Positions 8,471-18,043 of a DNA stretch of 64,000 nucleotides are shown piece by piece. The stretch lies in IMG/VR virus record IMGVR_UViG_3300023184_000036, one strand, 5' to 3'. Positions within the stretch are counted from its first letter, which is position 1; every line of letters starts with the position of its first letter. Origin of the DNA: a virus. The notes beneath the pieces are model-generated. The model made no database searches, was not told the DNA's origin, and worked only from the letters and a program-made list of their open reading frames with translations. The position numbers and the translations under genes are program-made.

Positions 8471-9145
8471 TCAAGCAAATAATTCAGGGAAAAGTAAAGA
8501 AATATGAAAATTTTGATCAGTATTAATATACGTTTTAATATGCGGAATTATATTATTTGCAATAATTTCATGTCCATTTGGACTAAAATGGTTCAATCGT
8601 AAATCATTGTGTTCCATTGATTTATTATATGTTTTAATATGATCTGTTTTACTACATTGTATAAGACCACCATTTGTTAAAAACCACAATCCATAGTTTT
8701 TTTCTACAAAATCATGCTCAAAACATGGAATATTAATTAATTTAATATTTTTATCTCTACAAATTTCTTGTATATCTTTTATAATAAAATTATGCATCAC
8801 TGATGAATATTCAGAATCATATAAAAATTCATAATAATTATTAACTATTTTTATAAAATCTGTTTTTTTGTTTAAAATATCATATTTTAAATTATTTGAA
8901 AAACTAGGTTTAATAGGAATAGTCGGGTTATATAATCTTGCATGTTCAGTATGACAAATTAAAATTACGTCTGGAAGATTATTAGAGTTAATAATTATTT
9001 TAAACTCTTTATATATTCGAAACTCACTGTGACCAGGAAATCCAGATTGATGTATAAGTTTTAAATTTAAAGTTTCAACCAAAGTTTGAATCCAAGTATC
9101 TTTATAGGTATATGTAAAACTATCACCAATAATAGCAATACGCAT
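8471..9145 (-). CDS. SGNH/GDSL-like protein (paralog A)
   Basis: IIGDSFT at the N-terminus and D-x-R-L-N-H-F-S-P-x-G-H near the C-terminus; low GC. Confidence 0.6.
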   Translation of the reverse strand: MRIAIIGDSFTYTYKDTWIQTLVETLNLKLIHQSGFPGHSEFRIYKEFKIIINSNNLPDVILICHTEHARLYNPTIPIKPSFSNNLKYDILNKKTDFIKIVNNYYEFLYDSEYSSVMHNFIIKDIQEICRDKNIKLINIPCFEHDFVEKNYGLWFLTNGGLIQCSKTDHIKTYNKSMEHNDLRLNHFSPNGHEIIANNIIPHIKTYINTDQNFHISLLFPELFA

Positions 9146-9306
9146 TAGAACACCTTTACACTATTCAACTGACTAAATTGTTGTGCATCCACCCAAGTAT
9201 TCACCAATGGTTCACCCTTGATATTCAAGCTAGTGTTTAGCAACATTGGACAACGAGTTCTACTATACCATGCTTCCAATATTTTATACATAATACTTGG
9301 AGTAGG
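9145..9306 (-). pseudogene. Remnant 3' end (53 codons) of a second carbamoyltransferase gene
   Basis: Translates PTPSIMYKILEAWYSRTRCPMLLNTSLNIKGEPLVNTWVDAQQFSQLNSVKVF*, matching the C-terminus of 10006-11466. Confidence 0.85.
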
Positions 9307-9446
9307 TTGTTCTATTGTTAAGTTTCAATGCTTCATCCTTGGGTTTAAACCCATCCATTTGACGTGGAAGATCAAGCCATTTGCAGCAAAAACCGATACG
9401 TTTGTGTGTCATATTACCACTATAACATAGTTTTTTACAGTGTCAA
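9305..9446 (-). pseudogene. Duplicated promoter and first 36 codons of uvsE
   Basis: Near-identical to 8333-8474. MTHKRIGFCCKWLDLPRQMDGFKPKDEALKLNNRTT, then runs out of frame to TAA at 9284-9286. Confidence 0.9.
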
Positions 9447-10006
9447 GAGAAAATTTCAGGGTATAAACTAACAATATGGAATTGTTGGTCAGTATTGATA
9501 TAATTTCTTATATGGGGAATTATATTATTTGCTATTATTTCATGTCCACGGGGACTAAAATGATTTAATCGTTTATCATTAGTTTTATAATCCCAAGTAG
9601 GATCATCTGCTTTGCTACAAATCATTAATCCACCAGGTGCAAGAACCCACAAACCATAATCTTTATCTAAAAAATCATGCTCGAAACAAGGTATATTAAT
9701 CATTTTAATATTTCTTAATTTACATTGTTCTTGCATATCTTTGACTAATAATCTTTGAATAGTTTTAGCAAATTCAATATCAGCCAATCCTTCATTATAC
9801 AATCTTGTAAATTCAGTATGGCATACTATTATAACATCTGGTTGTGGGACTAAAGTTTTAATAAAATTATCATAAATTTTATACTGACTTTGACCTCTAA
9901 ATCCATAACAACTTATCATTTCAAGATTAAGTTCATTACATACTCGTTCTATCCAAGTGTTTTTGTAACTGTATGTAAAACTATCACCTGTAATTAAAAT
10001 TCGCAT
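9443..10006 (-). CDS. SGNH/GDSL-like protein (paralog B)
   Basis: ITGDSFT and DKRLNHFSPRGH; clear paralog of 8471-9145. Confidence 0.6.
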   Translation of the reverse strand: MRILITGDSFTYSYKNTWIERVCNELNLEMISCYGFRGQSQYKIYDNFIKTLVPQPDVIIVCHTEFTRLYNEGLADIEFAKTIQRLLVKDMQEQCKLRNIKMINIPCFEHDFLDKDYGLWVLAPGGLMICSKADDPTWDYKTNDKRLNHFSPRGHEIIANNIIPHIRNYINTDQQFHIVSLYPEIFS

Positions 10007-11466
10007 TAAAATATCCGCACATTATTTAATTTACTAAATCGTTCAGCATCAGCCCAAGTGTTGACTAGCGGTTCACCCTTGACATTTAAACTTGTGTTTA
10101 ATAATATTGGACAACCTGTTCGCTCATACCACGCTTCTAATATTTTTCTTGTAATACTTGGTGAATTTTTTGGCATTGTTTGTAATCTACTAGTTCCATC
10201 AACATGACATATTGCTTGTAAATTTTCTTTGTCTAAACAAGGGTCTGCATACTGCATGTAATTGTGATTATTTGGGTTTGCCCAAAAATATTTTTTATAA
10301 TGTTCGGACAATATAATAGGAGCAAAAGGACGAAATGCCTCACGTTTTTTAATCATATTCACACGGTCTTTGACATTATTGCCACGTGGGTCTGCTAACA
10401 AACTACGATTGCCTAATGCACGTGGTCCCCATTCTGCACGACCATTAGCAATACCAATTACTTTACCTGCTTCTATTGCATCAACTACTGATTTTATATT
10501 AACATTACGTTGAATATTATAACCTAAAAATGCATGTTGAAAATTTAATTGTTCACGATTATGCCAAGCAATAGAACCTAAACTTAAACCACTGTCACCT
10601 GGATTTGGTGGCACCCATATTTTATTCCATTTAGTAGTATGACTTATATAACCATTTGCTACACAATTCAATGCACAACCACCAACTAATACAAGATTTT
10701 TACTTTTTATTTTAGTTGATGCGTAATTTAAAATATTATTCAAATAATTCTCATAAATCCATTGTGCACTTGCCGCAATGTCTACATCACGCCAACGATT
10801 TTTTGGTGGTAGTGTCCACCACTTCATACCACGATGTAAGTTATGTCGTAGTTGGACATAAGGTGTATTCCAATTAACAAAAAATTCTTCTAACAATTCC
10901 TTTGTATGTTTAGGTTCGCCAAATGCCGCCATACCCATAACAATGTATTCTTCTTCATTTGATTTATAACCCAGATAATCTGTTATTGCACTATAAAACA
11001 AACCAATACTATCTGGATAGTAAGAACTATAAACTTTTTTTAAATCTTTATCTTCTGCACTCCAAATGGTAGTGCACTCATATTCACCAATTGCATCAAT
11101 TACAACCACAGCCGCATCACTAAACCCACTAGTATAATAACCCATAGCAGCATGTGCACCGTGATGTGGCACAGTTTTTATTGGAAGATGATCTAATTTG
11201 TATTTTTTAAGATATGACTTTACACCACGAAATAATGGTCTTTCACCACTTAAAATATTACGTAAACTATGTTTCCATGGTTCTTCATACCAGTAAATTT
11301 GTGTTGGTTCACCATATGAAAAACAATCTTCTAATAATTCTACATTTAGATTAGAATCATTTTTTATACGACTATAACGCTCTGCATGACCTGCAAATAA
11401 TATATCATTTTCTTTGACAAGGGCTACACTTGCATCATGATTATTAGCGTTAATACCTAAAAACAT
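10006..11466 (-). CDS. Carbamoyltransferase (NodU/CmcH family)
   Basis: HDASVAL, ERYSRIK, HHGAHA, GGCALN, EWGPRALGNRS and LLNTSLN motifs. Confidence 0.92.
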   Translation of the reverse strand: MFLGINANNHDASVALVKENDILFAGHAERYSRIKNDSNLNVELLEDCFSYGEPTQIYWYEEPWKHSLRNILSGERPLFRGVKSYLKKYKLDHLPIKTVPHHGAHAAMGYYTSGFSDAAVVVIDAIGEYECTTIWSAEDKDLKKVYSSYYPDSIGLFYSAITDYLGYKSNEEEYIVMGMAAFGEPKHTKELLEEFFVNWNTPYVQLRHNLHRGMKWWTLPPKNRWRDVDIAASAQWIYENYLNNILNYASTKIKSKNLVLVGGCALNCVANGYISHTTKWNKIWVPPNPGDSGLSLGSIAWHNREQLNFQHAFLGYNIQRNVNIKSVVDAIEAGKVIGIANGRAEWGPRALGNRSLLADPRGNNVKDRVNMIKKREAFRPFAPIILSEHYKKYFWANPNNHNYMQYADPCLDKENLQAICHVDGTSRLQTMPKNSPSITRKILEAWYERTGCPILLNTSLNVKGEPLVNTWADAERFSKLNNVRIF

Positions 11467-11467
11467 T

Positions 11468-11578
11468 TTAATATATGAACGGGTCTCGTTTTCTTAATTC
11501 TTTAAGTAATTTTTTACGTTTGTGAGTATAATATAATTCTTCAACGTAATTAACAATCCATTTCCATAATTTCTTCAT
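11468..11578 (-). CDS. Unannotated 36-aa basic protein ending RDPFIY
   Basis: MKKLWKWIVNYVEELYYTHKRKKLLKELRKRDPFIY*; ATGA overlap with the upstream stop; fills the gap before the carbamoyltransferase. Confidence 0.7.
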   Translation of the reverse strand: MKKLWKWIVNYVEELYYTHKRKKLLKELRKRDPFIY

Positions 11579-12762
11579 AGAATTTTGCTCCAATTACTTT
11601 GACCTACACATTTATATATGGCACTGCCATCACGAACTATTGCCAACTCATTTGGTTCACCAACACGTTCTGGAATACGATCAACGATATTAATCAACAA
11701 TCCACAGAATCTTATAGGACCATTAATTTCAACAGTTTTATCTGTTTTAAGCACAATTTGATTTAAATTGTTACTACCTAACGTAACGTCATTACCACGA
11801 GTGCTACCAACAAACATATTTTTTTGCGCATATTTTAATATGCTTAATTCACTATCTTCATCCCAAACACTTAATACACCAGCAGTTTCTTCTGTATTAA
11901 TTCCAACTCTACCCATATTAACTGTAAGAGTTTCACCAATAAGTGCTTGACCAGTAACAACTAATTCTTGTAGATTTCCTACCTTACGTAGGTTACTATT
12001 AATAATATGTGGACCAATTGAATTGTTACCTAATACATGTCTATCACCATCAACAATATTACGGTTTGCAATGTTAATATTTTGACTATTAACATTTTCT
12101 ATATTCTGTGTACTTGTAGTGTGGCTTACTTGTTGGATATAACGTTGTAAACCTGGACTTTCTAAAATATTACCATTAACAACTATATCTCCATCAATAG
12201 TAACATTTTTCAAAAATGCATTATCTTCTATCAATAAGTTTTCGGCAGTGATATTATTTGTTGTAATGATACCATCATCTGTAATTTCTAATTGTAACTT
12301 ACTTGAACTATCTTTGATACCGCTGCTTGTAAAGTTTCTGTAGATACCATTATTAATCCAATTAGCATTAAATTCATTACCATCCATACGTATACTTTCA
12401 AATGAAATACTACGTGGAGGAAAATTATAATTGCTTGCGGCACGATTTACTTCATTTTGAACACTACTTACGATAATACGATTTAAATCACTGCCTTGTA
12501 AATGTTCAGCTATCTGTTTACTACCAATGTCTATAAGTTGATCAAGAATAATGCCTTTGACAAGTTGTGTAACTTCATCTGCAAAATCACGTTTAGTTGT
12601 GATTTCATTATAAACCCTACCAGTAAGATTAATAACAACATTATTAATTTGTTTTTGTAGCGTGTCAGCGATTACTGCAGACAAATCAGTGTTTTGTAGA
12701 TACGTTTCTACGTTATTACGCACACTCTGTGCGATTGCTTCTTGAATATTAATGTCAACCAA
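11575..12762 (-). CDS. Hypothetical protein with fibre-like beta repeats, possibly virion
   Basis: Long ORF containing NSNLRKVGNLQELVVTG and RVGINTE repeats. Confidence 0.6.
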   Translation of the reverse strand: MVDINIQEAIAQSVRNNVETYLQNTDLSAVIADTLQKQINNVVINLTGRVYNEITTKRDFADEVTQLVKGIILDQLIDIGSKQIAEHLQGSDLNRIIVSSVQNEVNRAASNYNFPPRSISFESIRMDGNEFNANWINNGIYRNFTSSGIKDSSSKLQLEITDDGIITTNNITAENLLIEDNAFLKNVTIDGDIVVNGNILESPGLQRYIQQVSHTTSTQNIENVNSQNINIANRNIVDGDRHVLGNNSIGPHIINSNLRKVGNLQELVVTGQALIGETLTVNMGRVGINTEETAGVLSVWDEDSELSILKYAQKNMFVGSTRGNDVTLGSNNLNQIVLKTDKTVEINGPIRFCGLLINIVDRIPERVGEPNELAIVRDGSAIYKCVGQSNWSKIL

Positions 12763-12771
12763 TTGGCTTCC

Positions 12772-13470
12772 TTAAAACTTTACAGTTATAATATGTTCAT
12801 AATTTCTTTTAAAAAAACCACGATATAACATGTTCTTTTGTATAACATAATCGCTTCCACCAAGGTCGCTGCTGTATTTTGCAAGTTGCTTGAAATACAT
12901 TGTGCGGCGTTCTACTGGACCGATAACTGTTAAATCACGGTTATTTTCTATAAAGTATATATGATTTTGCCAATTCTGTTTATTATTTTTGTCTACTTGA
13001 CTTTGTTCAAGTATAATTGTATCACCATAAACACCGCTATCAACATGATTACGTTTATGTGGTGCATTGTTTTTATAATCTTGTAAACTAGTTACAAGAT
13101 AGCCATTAGTAACCTTTTGTATGTCACTTAAAAGATTACGTTGGTCATTTTCTGTGGTAGCAAATGTAAAATATTCATCCAATGCTATTGTAATATCTGC
13201 GTCACCTTTAATTTGTGCAATATGGTCAATAAATGTGCTACTGCTTTGATAAGCATATTTTACACTTTGGTCGCCAACAACAAAGCAATCATAGTGTTGT
13301 TCTAAAAGCAAAACAATAGGATTAAAATGAGTAAAGAGTAGGGTTTTTGGTTGAATTTGCAATCCACCAAATAGTTTTTGTAGTATTTCAACTTTTGCTT
13401 GTGCTTGTTCTAACCAACGGGTCGGATCTGCTACTGGTTGCAATTTTAACCAATAATCACCTGAAATCAT
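12772..13470 (-). CDS. Hypothetical protein
   Basis: 232-aa ORF behind a late-promoter hairpin. Confidence 0.65.
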   Translation of the reverse strand: MISGDYWLKLQPVADPTRWLEQAQAKVEILQKLFGGLQIQPKTLLFTHFNPIVLLLEQHYDCFVVGDQSVKYAYQSSSTFIDHIAQIKGDADITIALDEYFTFATTENDQRNLLSDIQKVTNGYLVTSLQDYKNNAPHKRNHVDSGVYGDTIILEQSQVDKNNKQNWQNHIYFIENNRDLTVIGPVERRTMYFKQLAKYSSDLGGSDYVIQKNMLYRGFFKRNYEHIITVKF

Positions 13471-13473
13471 TAA

Positions 13474-13515
13474 AGCCCACCTTTACCTAACATAATATTT
13501 AGGTAAAAGTGGGCT
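13474..13515 (-). promoter_or_regulatory. 17-bp hairpin containing TAAATA and occluding the downstream RBS
   Basis: Minus strand AGCCCACTTTTACCTAA-ATATTATG-TTAGGTAAAGGTGGGCT-TTA-ATG, with one G-U pair. Confidence 0.65.
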
Positions 13516-13520
13516 ATTTC

Positions 13521-13718
13521 TTACTTGATGAGCAAGCCAAGTTCCTTTAGGTCTTCATAAAGGATATGATCGTTAGGAATGGTTTCAGTTTTACCATCTT
13601 TAACATTCTTGACAATCTTCTCAATATCGGTTGCAGTCATTTCTGTGCAACGCTTGATAGCTGCACGAACTTTGCCCCACTCAACAGTTCCACGATAACC
13701 CATGATCAACATTGTCAT
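13521..13718 (-). CDS. Small hypothetical protein
   Basis: GAGAG RBS; TTGACA-type promoter near 13750-13773. Confidence 0.65.
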   Translation of the reverse strand: MTMLIMGYRGTVEWGKVRAAIKRCTEMTATDIEKIVKNVKDGKTETIPNDHILYEDLKELGLLIK

Positions 13719-13779
13719 ATACTCTCTCTGTTATATTATTTTACCAATATACTATATATGTTTTTTTTTGTCAAGTAGT

Positions 13780-13975
13780 TTTTAACGGGTGGGATGCTAT
13801 TCCCACGATGGTTTTAGGATGGCCAAATTTTGGGGTTTCAATTGCCTGACGCAATCACCATTACCTTCACAGGTCTCTCACCTGTCCAGCCCACTGATAT
13901 AGGTCTGCAGTCCGCACAAATGGATTCTAGTTATACTCGCTCCAACCTTTACGCACAGCCGTGCCGCCGTTAAAA
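13780..13975 (-). ncRNA. Candidate structured non-coding RNA with tRNA-like closure
   Basis: GC-rich intergenic block; 9-bp terminal stem TTTTAACGG/CCGTTAAAA; several internal hairpins; no long ORF. Confidence 0.55.
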
Positions 13976-13979
13976 TCTT

Positions 13980-14762
13980 TTACGTCCATAATGATTTACG
14001 AAGTTTAACAATGCGTGTCAGCATTTCTGTTTCTTCTTCATCATACTGTTTTTCAATTTCTATTAAACGCTTATGTGCAATTTCACCACGCTCACGTTCT
14101 TCATCTGTTTTTTCTTTGGAAAAAAATCCATCACCATTTGCATGTAACAAGTCGCAATGTTCACTCCAACCACTAACATCCATAGGATCTGGACGGTTAG
14201 GGAAATTCTTGCACCAATTATATAATTCTTCAATTTCTATTGCACTAATTGCTTGATGTGTTAGTTGTCCATGCTTTTCATCGGTTTTATCAACACCCCA
14301 ACTTTCATCATAAGTTAAACCTTTTTCCCATGCAATATAATCTAAACCTGCTTCTGGACAACGCCCTTTAACAAATTTCCATTTCTTTTTCCAAGTATTT
14401 TTCCAAGCAAGTTCAATTTCAACATGATCAATAATAAGTTGACGCATGCCACTTACAAGACGACTATCACTGTCCCACCACTGACCAGGTTTTAAATCCG
14501 TTGGCATGATATGTGTGCGATCAATAAAACGATTACGAACATAACGTTTTGGTTTATTCCAAATTTCAGTTATGCTATAAACAACATCATCTAAAAAATT
14601 AGGAACTGTTTCAGTTAAAAAGAATCCAAGTGGTTTTGATTTTTTTAATTCATCATCCCACTTTTTCCAACCACCCCATTCAAGAGCAGTTGGTTTTTCA
14701 ATACCAAACTTTTTACGAATCCAGATGTTTAATGCACAATCCATAAAATAATAGTTTTTCAT
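13980..14762 (-). CDS. Hypothetical phage protein
   Basis: 260-aa ORF with GAGG RBS directly after tRNA-Thr. Confidence 0.7.
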   Translation of the reverse strand: MKNYYFMDCALNIWIRKKFGIEKPTALEWGGWKKWDDELKKSKPLGFFLTETVPNFLDDVVYSITEIWNKPKRYVRNRFIDRTHIMPTDLKPGQWWDSDSRLVSGMRQLIIDHVEIELAWKNTWKKKWKFVKGRCPEAGLDYIAWEKGLTYDESWGVDKTDEKHGQLTHQAISAIEIEELYNWCKNFPNRPDPMDVSGWSEHCDLLHANGDGFFSKEKTDEERERGEIAHKRLIEIEKQYDEEETEMLTRIVKLRKSLWT

Positions 14763-14778
14763 ATCTGCCTCTAAAAAA

Positions 14779-14853
14779 TGGTGCCCAAAGAGAGGATTGA
14801 ACTCCCGACCTACGCATTACAAGTGCGTTGCACTACCGCTGTGCTATTTGGGC
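14779..14853 (-). tRNA. tRNA-Thr(UGU) with encoded CCA
   Basis: Acceptor stem GCCCAAA/TTTGGGC followed by ACCA; anticodon arm ACGCA-CT-TGT-AA-TGCGT; T-loop TTCAATC. Confidence 0.93.
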
Positions 14854-14854
14854 T

Positions 14855-15214
14855 TTATTCTTTCGGAACAGTATGTCTAACACCATCCCACTTATTACCT
14901 ACTATATCATTTTTCTGACAAAAGTCAATAATATTTTCATAAAAACTATCAAGTTCACCATTAAATTGTCCCATCAATCCACTGGTGAGTTCCATTGCAC
15001 GTTGCCAGTTACCACTTTTATATTCACGAATCATATCAATATGCATTTCTTTAAAAAATGGTAGTGTAGCCAATTCATTTACATTGCTTACTTCAACCAA
15101 TGCGTGTAGTGTAACTGGTTCTTGCAAGCCAGGTTGCATCACAGTATCAAGTTCAAGTATGGTATATTTGTCTGCCATGCTTTTAGCAGTAGCTGCATCA
15201 AAAATAATATTCAT
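14855..15214 (-). CDS. Hypothetical protein
   Basis: Likely start MNIIFD at 15214; KYTILELDT motif. Confidence 0.6.
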   Translation of the reverse strand: MNIIFDAATAKSMADKYTILELDTVMQPGLQEPVTLHALVEVSNVNELATLPFFKEMHIDMIREYKSGNWQRAMELTSGLMGQFNGELDSFYENIIDFCQKNDIVGNKWDGVRHTVPKE

Positions 15215-15255
15215 AATACAATTATATATAATTATTATTGGAAAACAATAAAAAA

Positions 15256-16032
15256 ATGCATTTTGATTTAGTAAGTGACCTACACGAAAATTTCTGGCCA
15301 CCTGAAAAAAACTTAAAATGGGAAGGTCTTGGAACAAGTTTAGTATGCGTTGTTGCTGGTGATATCAGCAATGATTGGAATTATTCATATGAAAAACTTG
15401 TAGAAATCGGTGAACATTATCGCCATGTTATATTTGTTGATGGCAATCATGAACATGGTCATAAGCCTGATTTACACCACCATAATAATGAATTTCAATT
15501 ACGTATTGCTGAACATAATCATATTACATATTTGCACAAAAGTGTAATTGTATTAGATGATGTTGCATTTGTTGGTTGTAATGGTTGGTGGACATATGAT
15601 TTTTGTATGCCAGAAGTCACTAACTTTGAATGTTGGGATCACCTTATCAGTGAAGGTTGGAGTGATGATAAGTTAGCAGAAATTATGGCAGTTGCTAAAG
15701 TTGAAGCTAAAATGCTGTATACTCAAATAGAAACTTTTAATAATGACCCAAGAATAAATCATATTGTAGTTGTAACGCATACTTCGCCAAAACGTAAGTT
15801 TAGATTTATAACTCCTGATATGCATGTTGCACATTATGGTCGTGCAGGTAGTAGTTTGATGCAAACAGTGTTGTTAGCCAATACTAATAAGAAAATTAAA
15901 GCATGGTGTTTTGGTCATTGCCATCACGAAATAGATGAAACCATAGATGGTATAAGATATATTTGCCATCCACGTGGTCGCAGTGACGAAGGTATTGGAA
16001 ATATCTATTTTCCAAAATTAGTTCAATTTTAA
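15256..16032 (+). CDS. Calcineurin-like metallophosphoesterase
   Basis: SDLH, AGD, GNHE, VTH and FGHCH motifs. Confidence 0.9.
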   Translation: MHFDLVSDLHENFWPPEKNLKWEGLGTSLVCVVAGDISNDWNYSYEKLVEIGEHYRHVIFVDGNHEHGHKPDLHHHNNEFQLRIAEHNHITYLHKSVIVLDDVAFVGCNGWWTYDFCMPEVTNFECWDHLISEGWSDDKLAEIMAVAKVEAKMLYTQIETFNNDPRINHIVVVTHTSPKRKFRFITPDMHVAHYGRAGSSLMQTVLLANTNKKIKAWCFGHCHHEIDETIDGIRYICHPRGRSDEGIGNIYFPKLVQF

Positions 16033-16355
16033 GACTCTGGTTCTATCTTAACAGCAAGAGGAAAATTGTTTGTTCTTGCAAGTAGTGTTGTTTCTACTGC
16101 TTTGCTTTCAGCAATTTCAAATGGTAATACAGCAACCATTGCACTGCCTTCTTCATGAATTTTTACTGTTAATTCTTGTGCACTATCAAAGTTATGATCA
16201 AAGATTTCTTGTAATACTGCGATAACAAAATCAACAGTAGTTACATTATCATTCATAAAAATAACCTTAAACTTTGGTGGTGGAGTAAGGTCTTTTTTAG
16301 GTGTAATTTTAATTTTTGTGCGTGTTTGAACGTCTGTTGTCATTTTGCCCATCAT
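16029..16355 (-). CDS. clpS: ATP-dependent Clp protease adaptor ClpS
   Basis: PPPKFKVIFMNDNVTTVDFV...IHEEG...EIAESK...FPL. Confidence 0.92.
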   Translation of the reverse strand: MMGKMTTDVQTRTKIKITPKKDLTPPPKFKVIFMNDNVTTVDFVIAVLQEIFDHNFDSAQELTVKIHEEGSAMVAVLPFEIAESKAVETTLLARTNNFPLAVKIEPES

Positions 16356-16365
16356 TTATATTTAC

Positions 16366-16389
16366 CACAGTGGGCTTTCGCCCACTGTG
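16366..16389 (-). terminator. Stem-loop after hsp20 (GAAA loop), followed by TAAATA upstream of clpS
   Basis: CACAGTGGGC-GAAA-GCCCACTGTG; no clear U-tract on the minus strand. Confidence 0.55.
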
Positions 16390-16409
16390 ATTTTATATTA
16401 CCATAACTA

Positions 16410-16844
16410 TTAAGATTTTGCAATAGCTATTTTACGTGGCTTTTGTTCTTCTGGAATATGAAACTCCAGATTTACAATAAGCAATCCATTTTGCATCTTT
16501 GCAGTCTTGACTTCCATATTGTCAGCCAAATTAAATGTACGGACAAACTTGCGACTTGCAATACCACGAAATACGTATTCCGCAGTGGTTTCATTCTTAA
16601 TTTCACCAGTAATTACAAGTTGATTGTCCTTTAGCGTGATGTCAATATCATCTTCGCTAAATCCACTCGCCGCAATTTCAATTTGGTAGTCAGTATCACT
16701 ATTGCGGATGATGTTATAAGGTGGATAACTTTGCTGAACTTGCACTGAATTTACACGAAGCATATCATCAAATAGGCGTTCAAAACCAATTGCAGTGCGG
16801 TTAAAATGGTCAAAACCATCAAATACTTTAAGTAGATTACTCAT
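16410..16844 (-). CDS. Small heat shock protein (Hsp20/IbpA-like)
   Basis: IGFERLFD, SYPPYNI, RGIASRKFVRTF, NGLL and PEEQKPRKIAI motifs. Confidence 0.93.
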   Translation of the reverse strand: MSNLLKVFDGFDHFNRTAIGFERLFDDMLRVNSVQVQQSYPPYNIIRNSDTDYQIEIAASGFSEDDIDITLKDNQLVITGEIKNETTAEYVFRGIASRKFVRTFNLADNMEVKTAKMQNGLLIVNLEFHIPEEQKPRKIAIAKS

Positions 16845-16905
16845 TTTGTTTCTCCTTCTAAAAGCGAGTAAATTAGACGACCCAACTTTGGCATCGTCTA
16901 ATCTT
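16845..16905 (-). promoter_or_regulatory. ROSE-like RNA thermometer in the hsp20 5' UTR
   Basis: Upstream hairpin ATTAGACGA...TCGTCTAAT, then CTC(G)CTT-TTAG-AAGGAG pairing the SD with a bulged G (UCGCU motif). Confidence 0.65.
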
Positions 16906-16928
16906 ATATAGCATTTTTTTTAAATTTG

Positions 16929-18029
16929 TCAAGGGGTTTTAGAAAAAATATTATTAATTTGATTATTAACACTTATAAAAGTGCAACGCTTGCTCAATTC
17001 TTTAAGACGACGAGCACCAACATAAGTCAACGTGCTACGAACACCACCAAGAACGTCTTGAATAACATCATTTACATCACCACGATAAGGAACTAATACT
17101 TCCTTACCTTCGGCTGCACGGTATGTCTTAAGACCACCGCTATGCTTATCATTTGCCGCACGACTGCTCATACCATAGAATTGAACAAACTTACGTTCTT
17201 CAATTACATGATTATGTCCATCGTGACTTATTTCATTTGTTTTATAATATTTGGTAATAACATCGCCGCCACCTTGATCACAGCCAGCTAACATTCCACC
17301 AAGCATTACGAAGTCAGCACCACCAGCAAAGGCTTTAGCAACATCACCAGGGCAAGTACAGCCGCCATCTGCAATAATATGTCCACCAAGACCGTGAGCA
17401 GCATCTGCACATTCGATAACTGCCGAAAGTTGCGGATAGCCTACTCCAGTTTTGATACGAGTAGTGCATACACTACCAGGACCAATACCAACTTTAACAA
17501 TATCAACGCCACTTAAAATAAGTTCCTCTGTCATTTCTGGAGTAACAACATTACCTGCAATAATAATAACCCCTTGATTTTCTTGACGAAATTTACGAAC
17601 AAATCCAATAAATCGTTCAGTATAACCATTAGCAACATCAATACATACAATTTTAATATTACCTTCGGGTAATTTACTTTTTACAAGTTTATATTTTTCA
17701 TAATCTTCATCTTTAATACCAAGACCATATGCCCAATGGTCATTAATCTTATAACCAGTGCGACCAATCCATAGGATAAGTTCTTCTACGGTATAGTTTT
17801 TGCGAAGTGCTGTCATTAAACCAAGTTCAGCAAGTGCTTCTGCCATTTCAAATGTACCAACACCATCCATATTCGCCGCAATGATTGGTTTGTTTGACCA
17901 TTGCATACCACTATTACGAAAGATAAATTTACGGTCAAGACTAACTTCATCACGACTTACCAGTGTGCTACGTTTTGGCACAATTAGAACATCACTAAAA
18001 TCAAGTTTAGTGTAATTAATAATACGCAT
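16929..18029 (-). CDS. guaC: GMP reductase
   Basis: [35 protein letters not shown] and [13 protein letters not shown] motifs. Confidence 0.93.
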   Translation of the reverse strand: MRIINYTKLDFSDVLIVPKRSTLVSRDEVSLDRKFIFRNSGMQWSNKPIIAANMDGVGTFEMAEALAELGLMTALRKNYTVEELILWIGRTGYKINDHWAYGLGIKDEDYEKYKLVKSKLPEGNIKIVCIDVANGYTERFIGFVRKFRQENQGVIIIAGNVVTPEMTEELILSGVDIVKVGIGPGSVCTTRIKTGVGYPQLSAVIECADAAHGLGGHIIADGGCTCPGDVAKAFAGGADFVMLGGMLAGCDQGGGDVITKYYKTNEISHDGHNHVIEERKFVQFYGMSSRAANDKHSGGLKTYRAAEGKEVLVPYRGDVNDVIQDVLGGVRSTLTYVGARRLKELSKRCTFISVNNQINNIFSKTP

Positions 18030-18043
18030 TTTTCACCTATTGT

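Noticed and set aside
9218-9430. 70-aa plus-strand ORF
   Set aside because: Antisense to the uvsE and carbamoyltransferase remnants.
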